DNA of 64,000 nucleotides, taken from the NCBI GenBank assembly GCA_038087875.1, contig CM075987.1, positions 20,400,001 through 20,464,000 on the forward strand. Direction: 5' to 3'. The DNA is from Malacoraja senta (taxonomy: Eukaryota). The notes below the pieces were generated by a model. It worked only from the letters and a program-made list of their open reading frames with translations. It was not told the DNA's origin and ran no database searches. The translations under genes were made by a program, and so were the position numbers. Each line of letters starts with the position of its first letter. Position 1 is the first letter of the stretch. Shown here in pieces: positions 50,028 to 60,804 of the stretch.

Positions 50028-52447
50028 TTACTGTCTGTCTTCTCAGCAGGTGGTGGTGCTTATCACCGGAGTAACAGGGTCGAGAGGTGGAAAATCCCAT
50101 TGCATCTTTTTGTGAAGTTAGTGTTGTGGAAGATGGCTCTGTTACTACGGCAACATGGCTGCTTGTTGGATATTGCTCGTGAGCCATCAGCTGTACGAAT
50201 GGGTAGAATGACTTAATAATGTGCTTATCACAAAGCAGCCTGCAATGGCGCAACAAAGAGATTGTCCCAAAGCTGTCCACTATTAGCATCTCACAGACCA
50301 TCTATTATATTAAAAATATATAACTCGGTCACTCAACAGTAATAAAAATAATTAAGATACCATATTAAATGCCTTTTTGTTGTGGACAAATGTTTGCACA
50401 TAAAGGTATGTGTCATGTGACTGCAGTGTGTGGCTGGATATTTTGTCAACTTTAAATAGACATTTGTGGAGCTTGCCAGACAGAAATGATCAGCAGCTGA
50501 CATCTAAGTCTTCCACATCCATGTGTTTCCCACCAACTAAACCTGATCTGTCTGGTGAACTCCAGAGTTCTGACTTTGACTTTCCCTCAAGGACATCATA
50601 GATTCTGCTGCTGAGGCTCTGCTAACTCTCCCTCTCTCTGCAACCCCCTCCAGCCCCACCATCCACCGCAAACTCTGCGTTGCTCCAGTTCTGGCTCTTG
50701 CTCTGTGTATCCCAATCTCCTTTCATTGCCCAAGTCCTAAACGTTCCCTGAACATTTCCACCATATTATTATCTCTCTGTCGCTTTCTCAACTGAAACAT
50801 GTCCCTTGGACTGAGGAACTGGTCTCACCCTGATATTGCCTTGTGTGGGTTGGTTTCAAATTGCATTTTGTTCCGTGCCTTGGGTGTGTTTTGCCATTAC
50901 AATTGTGAGAAGCTGTATGGGTGACACTCATTGTGTGGTAAGCCTGGCGTTGAATGAATTGTACTTGTTACTGTTTTGCAATTTCTCATCAATATTCAGA
51001 TCCTGCATGTATCAAGTTCCAAACACACAGCAGCCCCTTGAAAGTTGTTTGACCCTTTAAAATGGGGAAGATTCAGGGAGGTGTTTATAATCATAAAGTA
51101 AATAAGGAAAAACTGCTTCTAGCGATATATTGGTTGCAACCAACGAACACAGATTCAAAGTGATTTTCCAAAGAGACAGAAGGGAGATATGAAGTGTTTA
51201 TGTACACAGTGACATGGTTTTACTTCTGAACAGGATCTGTGTGTTGTTGGCCATGCTGACGTTAATTGTCTATCCCTGCTTGTTCCAAAATTGTGGAGGC
51301 AGCTGAGAGTTAGCTACATTAGTGGAGCTAGAGTTATATATAAACAGACTGTATTATATTTCCTTCCCTGAAAGATGTTGGAGAACTAGATGGGTTTTAC
51401 AACCATCCAGTTTTCAGGTTTACAATTACAGAGACGAGCACTTAGAATTTAAGATTTGTTTAATTTCTTATATTAAACTCCCTTGCATGGTGGGCTGTGA
51501 AATCCCACGTTGGATGGTCTGGAACTGAGTTTGGGTCCTTTTACCCACTAGCACTGGAGATAGTCTACAGGAGAGTCGCCAGGATTAATTCCAGGGATGA
51601 GGAGGTTGTCCTACCGAGAGGGGCTCAACAGTTTGAGTCTGTATTCCCTGGAGTCGGGAAGAATGAGGAATGATCTTATTCAAACGCATAAGATCATAAG
51701 GGGGTTTGACAAAGTAGATGCTGAGGTGCTCTTACTGGTGGGATAGTCATGGACAAAGGCACGTAGCTGCAAAATGAGGGACCAGTCATTTAAAGCTGTG
51801 CATTTTGTAAAAATCTTGTCCCTATGGATGTTGAATCTCTGGAATTCTCGGTCCCTGTGGGTGGTGGAAGGCAAATCTTGAGATAGATTCAAGGTGGAGA
51901 AAGATAAATATGTGAAGATCACGAATTGATGGTCGCGAGGAACTGGCGGGCTTCAAGAGGTGTTGAAGCCGGCATAGATCAGCCATGGTCATATTGGCTG
52001 ATCTGTGCAGACCTCAACTCCTCTTCTGTGGGGCTGAGTGGCCTAAACCTGCTTATGTGTTCTTGTGAAAGTTTGAAAGCTTAAACGCAACAGTCCCGTA
52101 CCTCAATCTAGAATGTCCTATCTGACAGATTGACGGAAGCTGTTTCATCGTTTAAAAGGGAATTGGATGGATAGTTGATAGGAATAATTTGCAGGGCATG
52201 GAAAGGGGCTGGGGGACTCTGCCTTTCTGGGTAGCTATTTCAAAGAACTGGGCCTTCTGTGTTGTGTCGTTCTCTAGTGTGGAGAGGAGGTTTCTAACTC
52301 CACGTTGAGGAGAGATATCTTCACAGGCTAGGATGCCATGAATAGTGTCATTTGATTCAGGGAAAAGGGAGACATGTGTGGTATATTGTTTTTAAAGCAT
52401 TTGGCTGGTTAGCAAGCAGTCACTAATCAACTCTCTACTCCCTGCAG

Positions 52448-52576
52448 GTGCGCGAATTGAAGAATTTCTTTATGAAAAGCTCGATCGCAAGATTCCCTCG
52501 CGGATCACCAATGGGGAGCTGTTGGGCCAGTACATGGTCGACGCGGCAAGTGAATTTGGTCCTGGGACCCTTTATG
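52448..52576 (+). CDS. SH3GLB2: Endophilin-B2 coding exon 3 (S-ARIEEFLYEKLDRKIPSRITNGELLGQYMVDAASEFGPGTLY-G)
   Basis: Acceptor ctactccctgcag, donor GTGAGC at 52577. 129 nt, phase 1/1, continuing exon 2 in frame. Exon 4 not seen in the window. Confidence 0.93.
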
Positions 52577-55219
52577 GTGAGCTCTTAAAGAATAACAACC
52601 ACTACAGACAAGGAAAGCCTTGGACCGTTTGATGTTTATGACAGTATAAAGAAATAATTTGCATTTCTATCATGTTTTTCACAGTTTCAGGGTGTCTAGA
52701 AGCCCTGTAGAACTAGTGAAATATTTTTTAATGTGCAGACACTGATGTAATGTGGCAGCAGCCAATTTGCTCACAGCAAGATGCCACGAATGACAAAATT
52801 ATCCGGCTTTAAGCTGTTATCTGAGGAAGGACTGAGACCTGAAAATCAGGAAAACCTCCAACTTTCAGATTTTTTGCACTCTCTCTGAGGAGTGGCTGTG
52901 ACCAAGACCTGAGAGTGGGCTGCCTACCGCAGGGAGGCACTCTCTCCCTAATGCTCTGGGTGAAATGTGTGTTCACCTCTAACAAGGGGCTTCTAACTCA
53001 TGTTTATCAGTCTGTGAGTCATGTCGAATATTATCAACTGAATATAGGGTCCATATGCTCCTCTTTAGGAAATGGTTGAATGTATATCACGAAGAGGTGA
53101 TTGTTTAGATTAGACATGTCCTCACTTGATTATGGATCACTGGTCACGTTTTATCATAAAGATCTAGGAGAGCTCCACTTGCTTGGGGTTTTTATGCTCT
53201 TTGTTACCCCTTGTTCCACGCACCTTTCACCCATCCTTTCGGACAAGTGAGGGAGTGGTGTGGACACCATCACTGGACCTGGACATTACACCAACACTAG
53301 GATTAACCTTTGCTCGATGTAAAGGCTTTGGCACATTGGTGATGGCTGCTGGCCAATGGCATCAAACTTCGAATCAAAGTACATCCGTACTTGATGCAAT
53401 GATGCACATTCATCCTGTTTCAATTTTACGCTCCAAAATCACAAGATGTTCTCCTGTACTCTTGGCGGCTAACAGATGGTTCAGGTTTCACACCAATGGT
53501 TCACTCCCAGCAGGATTCAATTCAATCTTGAGCGCAAACCTGGCTCCGTACGGTAATCTGGTCAGGGAAAGCCTGCGTTGTGCTGTTGGTGGTCTGGTGC
53601 AGCCCTTCACATTCTGTTGTGCATCGGCATGGAAGAGGCCTGCTTTTAAGAATATATATTTGGTCCTTCTACCTCTGCGCAGACCTTGTGGTGGGCGCTG
53701 TTCCTCACAGCTTGATTAAGTGTGCTTTTGTAGTATCCACAAGTCTGGACCATTTTGTGCTTTGGGCATTATTGGCATGGCCTTCAGCTGCTGCTGAGCT
53801 AACCGCGTCAGTGGATGAAATTCTCTAGCATTCCTGGAGGCCGAGTCCTCGATGTCACAGACTCCAATGTCACATGTTGCGAGTTCACCCATCAGATCCC
53901 ACACAAATTTGTCAGGCAAAATGGATATTCAAAGTTGTGGAACCAGGTCAAGCCACGAGCTAATTGAGTGCTGGAGTAGATGAGAGGGTTGAATGGTTAA
54001 CTCCCATTATCCTACATCATTGGCTGGCTGCCCCTCCCCATCTTCACCCTGACCCACGGGTGCCTTGTCTAACTCTCTGTTAAAACTACAAGCCCTTGCT
54101 ACAGTGCTATGAATGTAATGGTCATTTGTAATGGTCACCAGTTTTCAGAAATATGCATGAAGAGAGACTTTTTATGTTTCAGAAATGGTTTGGAGGAATC
54201 CCACACAATTCACCTGCTGCTACAGTGCATAGAATGTAGATCGGCACTGGTGAATTCTTTCTCAGTATCTGCACAAGCCAAGCCACTGTTCAATTTCTGG
54301 CACCTCTCCATTGTTTACATTTGTATTTTCCTTCTAACTAATTAGTTTACATTCCCATTATTCAATTTGAGTAATGTCATTAGAATATTATAATCCTTTG
54401 ACTCATTTAAACTCAGTGAATTGTGACTCTGTCACGATATGCTGAGGAAATGTGCTCAGCAACATCTGCTCACTCTCAAGTAATGGAGGAGTTCCTGTAA
54501 TAGAACATGGAACATAGAACGTTTAAGAAAGAACTGCAGATGCTTGAAAAATCGACGGTAGACACAAATGCTGGAGGAACTCAGTGGGTGAGGCAGCATC
54601 TATGGAGAGAAGGAATAGTTTACTTCTCTCCATAGATGCTGCCTCACCTGCTGAGTTCCTCCAGTTTTTGTCTACTATAGAGCATAGAACATACAGCACA
54701 GTATCGGACCTGTACTGTCTCACTATGTTTGTGCCGAACACTATGCCTAGTTAACTGATCTCATCTGCCTGAGCATGATCCATATTGCTCTATTCCTCAC
54801 ACTTTCATGTGCCTGTCTAAAAATGTCTTAAATGCCACTATTGTATTTGCCTCCGCCACCACCCTTGGTAGTGCATTCCAGGCATTCGCCAGTGCCGATC
54901 TGTAAAAAAAAATAAAAAAATACCCGCGCATCCCCATTAAACTTTCCATCTCTCACCTTCTAGCTATGTCCACAAATGTTGGACATTTCCACCCTGGGGA
55001 AAACGGTTCTGACTCCGACCCTATCTGTGCCTCTCATAATATTATATACATCGATCCAGTCTTCCCTCAATCCCCCGACGTTGCAGAGGAAATAATCCAA
55101 GTTTATCCAATCTCTCCCTGTAGCTAGAAACCCTCCAATCCAGGCAGCATTCTGGCAAACCTCCTGTGCACCCTCTCCAAAGTTTCCGCATCATTCCTGT
55201 AATGGGGTGACCAGAACAT

Positions 55220-56225
55220 GACGGCATGGTGGCGCAGTGGTAGAGTTGCTGCCTTACGGCTCTTCCAGCGCTGGAGATCCGGGTTCGATCCCAACTACTG
55301 GTGCTGTCTGTACAGAGTTTGTACGTTTTCCCCGTGACCGCGTGGGTTTTCTCTGAGATCTTCAGTTTTCTCTGAGATCTTCACTCCAAAGACGTACAGG
55401 TTCAGGCACGGAAATCGCTATCAAAACAGGTGGGGGTGGGGGCACAATTTCTTGGCGGCCGCACGGACGCATGCGCTCACACACAAGCGAGGCTTCGGCC
55501 GTGGGCCCTGTGGACGGTAACATTGGAAGCTGACCTAGTTGGTGACCCACTCCGAACTCCAGCAACAGCAGCTTCGTCTGCCCCGAATCGTGGGGCTTCA
55601 ATCAGCCCGTTCGCGGGGCCTTTCATCGCCCAGCGGGCCTTCAACATCGGGAGCCTCGATCGCCTCGACACAGCAATTTGACCGAGGGGCGGTGGAAGAT
55701 ACCAAGGCCGATTTTAAGCTGCGCTGGGCTGGGCGATGAAAAGCCCCATGAACGGGCCAATTCAAGCCATGCTCCATGATCTTTGTTCCACCAGGACGTC
55801 TCCCTCCTCCAATCATCGCGCTGAATCATCATGGTCCCCCCTCCATTGCCTGCTGACCGATGTCTCCCTCGTCTAATCGCCGCCCTTGATCATCAGTCCC
55901 ACCCCCACTGTCTCGCGGAAAGCGGAGATTTTTAATAGCTTTTTTTCCACCAAGTTTTAAAATCCGGATTACAAAACATGGGGGGATCATCCCCCACCTC
56001 TCAAATCATGGGGGGGGGGGGGGGGCGTGTGTGTCCCCTGTCCACCCCTCCCCCCCCGGATTTCTGCCCATGTACAGGTTTGTAGGTTATTTGGCTTGGT
56101 ATAAGTGTAATTTGTCCCGAGTGTGTGGAGGATAGTGTTAATGTGCTGGGATCACTGGTTGGTGCGGACTCGGTGGACCGAAGGGCCTGTTTCCGCACTG
56201 AATCTCTAAACTAAACTAACTAAAC
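55220..56225 (+). mobile_element. tRNA-derived SINE split by a hAT insertion
   Basis: A-box ggtggcgcagtggtag and B-box gggttcgatccc. The body breaks at 55402 and resumes at 56073, ending in (ctaaa)n. Confidence 0.8.
55403..56072. mobile_element. Non-autonomous hAT-superfamily DNA transposon
   Basis: 8-bp TSD TACAGGTT (55395-55402 and 56073-56080); CA...TG termini; imperfect TIR CAGGCACGGAAATC vs CATGGGCAGAAATC (10/14 matches); CpG-rich. Confidence 0.75.
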
Positions 56226-57607
56226 TGCATGCAATGCTCCAAATGCTTCCTAATCAAAGTCCTATTGAGCTACATCATGACTTTCTGACTCTTATATTCA
56301 ATGCCTCTAGCAATGAAAGCAATCTATGAACTAACAACATTAAGGCAACAGACCATCCTGGGTCTCGTTTGCTGCCACAGAATCTCCTGTCTGTCTCCGT
56401 AACTATTGAGTCTCCTATCTCTATCATCCGCCTGACCTCTCCCTACCCTGCCATGCCTCAAATCCAGTTCTGGTATCTTGACCCTGGCTGACCCTGACGC
56501 ATATCCCCCACAACACTATCCAAAAGGGAATATCTGTTTTGCAGGGAATAGCCACAGGGGATTGCAGGGAAATGGCCACAGTTGCTGTGATAAAGGGTTT
56601 CGGTGAACGTAGGTATTAATGTATCAGATCATCTCTACATATTCCTCTCTGACCCCACAGTGGTGTACAGTACAACAGGATTTAATTGCCCTCTGGTATC
56701 ATTATTTAAACAGCCATTGACTGAAAGGACCAGCAGGTTATTTGCCTATAGGGTGCATTTCAATCAGCCCAAGATGAAGAAAGGCAACAATATAGAGGGA
56801 TTATTGAGGAAATTCAGAACCCATTAGCCACCTCCATCACCAGCAAAGTTGACACGGCTATTTCTTTCTCTACAAAGATGTGACCTTTTGAGAATAAACG
56901 AGCGTTTGATTTAATGTCTCGCTCAATGGGCAGCGGTTCTGATGTTGCGTTCTCTGGGCCTGTCAATCTGGCTTATGTGCTCGTGTTCTGGAGAAAGGCT
57001 TGAGCCTGCGCTTTCTGATCAAAGAGGCAAGAGCTCATTGAGCTATTTCTGTCACATCTGCGGCAGTGGGACTGAGTATCAATGAGCACCCCCCCAGTGC
57101 CATGGTTGAAAAGCTGTTCATATTGAAAGGTGGTGACTTGCTGGATAGGGTGGATATAAGAACTGATTATATAAAACCACAAAGCTGCCTCCTGCAAACT
57201 AAACTGTCTTCACTGCTGGCAGCTCAGTGGGGAGTTGTAATTTGTTCCTGACTGCAGCTGCTGCGGGAAAGGGTTGGCGTGAACGTGGGCATTGATGGCA
57301 TGTTGGCTGGCACTGTGTGCTGGGGAAGGCAGGAGTAAAGTAGTGAAGGGGAAGTGGGAAAACTGTACGCCCAAGAAATGGATTCCAAGAGGCAGGCTGG
57401 GTCGGATAGACCTGAGAAACCAGGGCACAGAACCTGGGGTTGTGGGAATTCGAATTGAGTTGTGGGAACACTGGGCCAGGGTTGTTGAGGGATAGATGAT
57501 TACATGGCTTGATGCCGGTGGTGAGGGGGATGGGATGGTAGATTTTTTGTGTTCAGGGTCCCTCCAGTGACATATGTCAAACTGGAAGATTATCAGGGAA
57601 ACATTCA

Positions 57608-58050
57608 GTCATAAGTGATAGAGCAGAATTGGGCCATTCAGCCCATCGAGTCTACTCCACCATTTAATCATGGCTGATCTCTCTTCCTCCGAACCCCATT
57701 CTCCTGCCTTCTCCCCATAACCCCAGACACCTGCACTAATCAAGAATCTATCTATCTCTGCCTTAAAAAATATCCACTGACTTGGCCTCCACAGCCTTCT
57801 GTGGCAAAGAATTCCACGAATTCACCACCCTCTGACTAAAGAAAATCCTCCTCATATCCTTCCTAAAGGAACGTCCTTTAATTCTGAGGCTATGACCTCC
57901 AGTCATAGACTCTCCCACTAGTGCAAACACCCTCTCCACATCCACTCTATCCAAGCCTTTCACTATTCTGTACGTTTCAATGAGGTCCCCCCTCATTCTT
58001 CTAAACTCCAACGAGTACAGGCCCAGTCCGTCAAATGCTCATCATATGTT
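57608..58050 (-). mobile_element. CR1 LINE 3' fragment
   Basis: ORF 57763..58011 translates EFRRMRGDLIETYRIVKGLDRVDVER...GHSLRIKG. Confidence 0.85.
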
Positions 58051-59173
58051 TGGTGACTGAGTCCACGGCAGGTCGATTGGATTCTTAATTATCCTGTTCA
58101 AACCACAGCAAAAACAAAAAATCTGAGGCAATTGAACAAAATGTTTCCACTCGATATGTGCAGCTTTGACTTGCAATTCTACATTTCTTTCAAGTAATAC
58201 ATTCTGTATCATTTTGGTTCAGCCTTTTTCCTCAATATAAGCTCAAAGGTCATGGAAAGAACACTGATTTTCTGCATTTTGATCACTTTCAGTTGCGTTC
58301 TCCATGAATTATGAAAGATCATCCATGGTCTCTTCAGTCAACTTTAATGACATTGTTGTAACTTTCAATGGAAAAGATTAATGGAAAATACTTATTGTAA
58401 AACAAAGCGCTTTCCCTCACCACTACTCCAATCCAGTGGTCAAGAAATATCAATTTATCTTGATAGCTGTTATTCTGAAGGAGGGTCTCGACCTGTCACC
58501 TGTCCATTCACTCCATAGATGCTGCCTGACCCACTGTGTTCCTCCAGCACTTTGTTTTAGTTCAAGATTCCAGCATCCGCAGTCTTCTTTCTCCATAGAG
58601 TAGACACATGTAAACCTTCCAAGGAAGCATAGGCAGCCATGATGTCTTTATTTGGCTGTATTAATATTGCTGATCACTTTAATTTTAAGGCTTACAAAAA
58701 CAGAGGTGCAATGAGTTTATAAAGAAAGGTTAATTGATTGATAACGTATTATTTTGAGGAAATAATACATGGCTCTGGTGGAATTTCCAGATGGCATTTA
58801 ATCGGAAACCTCATAAGGTGGTAAGTAAAAAATTAAAGCCAGTGACAGTAAAGTCATAAATGATTTCAACTTGAGCAGAGTGAATATAATTGAAACGTAC
58901 AGTTACAAATATAATAGATGTAATAAATTGTGGCATAAAGCAGGAAATAAATAGCTTTGTAGTGTTGGAATACATTTCCTGTAGAGTATTTGAAGCATTA
59001 AAAGCTGTAGAGAGGAATAGAGCAGTGAAAGGAAATGTATCCTTGTATGTTGATAAGATTTCCAACAGAGGCAGAGAGACAGCGTTACCAATCCACAGAG
59101 TATCACCGCGGTGAGATTGAAGGTCATGTTGTTTAATAAATGAGGCAAGTGGCATTCTGGGTTTTATAATGAT

Positions 59174-59460
59174 CAGTGGCTTTCAATCTTTTTTTATCCG
59201 CGCCCAAAAATTTGGACTTGCGGCCCATATTTTAAGGTAGCGTGATAAATGAACTGATAATACTGTCAAAATGATTTGAGTTTTCAAAATATTTTATTTT
59301 GGCTTTGTAGCTTATTAGTCACAAAATTAAAACATGAAATAATATAAAATTTAATAATTGAAAAAATAAAAACAAGAAATAGATATTATGGGCCCTCACG
59401 ACCCCATTTCAGTCCTTCACAGTTCAATTTTGGGCAGCAGCTGGAAGTTGGGAACCACCT
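59174..59460. mobile_element. Degenerate hAT-Charlie-like MITE
   Basis: Ends cagtggctttcaatct / agttgggaaccacct; similar 8-mers ataatgat and atatagat flank it. Confidence 0.45.
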
Positions 59461-60795
59461 ATATAGATGCTTGAGTTTTATAGTACTTAACCATGGAGTG
59501 TTTCAAAAATCATTTCACTTGATGACTTACTTTTGAAGTGTAATATCTTTAATTTAGGGAACTGTGAAAATATCAAATCATAAATGATCATATCATTGCC
59601 CCGTGTCAAAACATGATAATAGACAATAGACAATAGGTGCAGGAGTAGGCCATTCGGCCCTTCAAGCCAGCACCAGCCAGAATAGTTACTATTCTAAGGG
59701 TTGAGGTAAGAAGTATTGACAAAAAACAATGGTGGAAAGGTTCAGCAGGTCAGACAGCATATATAGAAAGAGGAGTAGTTAACATTTTGGGTCAGGATGT
59801 GCTGTATCTGCTGTGCTTTGCTTTAAGTCAGGAGCCTATATGTGGGGTCCTTTAGTAAAAGAACAGGAAAGCACTGGTGAATTTCTGGAGGTGGATCACA
59901 ATTGGGCGATTGTGATCCAAGGCTCTCCCATTTTATCGGGGCGAGGGCAAGGGGGTGATATTGGAGCATGGAAATGGTAGCAAGAAGGTGATAAAACAGA
60001 TATCAGGAATGCAAACTTTAGTTATGAGACAGGATGAAAATATATGGAGATTATTCTTTGGAGCAGCGAAAGGAAAGTACCAGAGGTTTACAAAATGATA
60101 CGTAGAACAGTTCAGCACCGGAACAGGCCCTTCGGCCCACAACTTCCTTGCTGAACCTAATGCTAACCTGAAACTAATCTCTTCTGCCTGCACATGGTCC
60201 GTGTCCATCATTTCTCTGCGTATTCATGTGCCTCCGTTAAAGGGAAGTGAATAAATATTAGGATTCAGAAAAAAAGACTTCCTTGGTAGGGATTCCGTGG
60301 TGAAAAAACCCAACCTTTGTTCAGATGTGACCGACTGAGTGGTCTATAATCTGATAGTGGACCGTATAAGTGTGTCGTTGCTGGAATAAATCTGCCCACC
60401 TCACTACTAGATGTAGCTCAAGCCAAGATGACAGGTGAATATCCAAGCAAGCAGGAAATTATTTCTGAGGGTAATCTTGTGTTTAGTTTGGTGATTGTTA
60501 TGTTGGATTCTATGTAGAAAAGAAAGGAAAGGATTCATATCAGGGACTTCTAGTCGAAAACATGGCAGCAACCCCTTTATATTGGTGTACTAAATCAATG
60601 GTGTTGTATTCAGTGGTGTTCTATTCATTGGGTGTTTGTGGGTCTGTTTCGCGTGAGTGTTTGTAATTGATACTTTGCTCGTAAAAATGATCTGATTCTG
60701 GAATTGGCCGAAAGGATAGAAAGATCTTTGCTATAAATCGGATCGGCCATTTAATGGACAAACTCGAATGGTTTTAAGTCTTCCCTTTCTCACAG

Positions 60796-60804
60796 GCCTA
60801 CCTG
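60796..60804 (+). CDS. Candidate 9-nt SH3GLB2 microexon (adds G-L-P after exon 3)
   Basis: tcttccctttctcacag|GCCTACCTG|gtaggt. Frame-preserving and stop-free in phase 1; RBFOX motif TGCATG at 60895-60900. Confidence 0.45.

Noticed and set aside
53183..53719. 178-aa ORF in the SH3GLB2 intron
   Set aside because: Non-ATG start, no recognisable domain or splice context; the opposite strand may be a decayed LINE remnant.
55222..55300. tRNA-like A and B boxes
   Set aside because: Head of a SINE; continues into the SINE body and has no complete cloverleaf or Pol III terminator.
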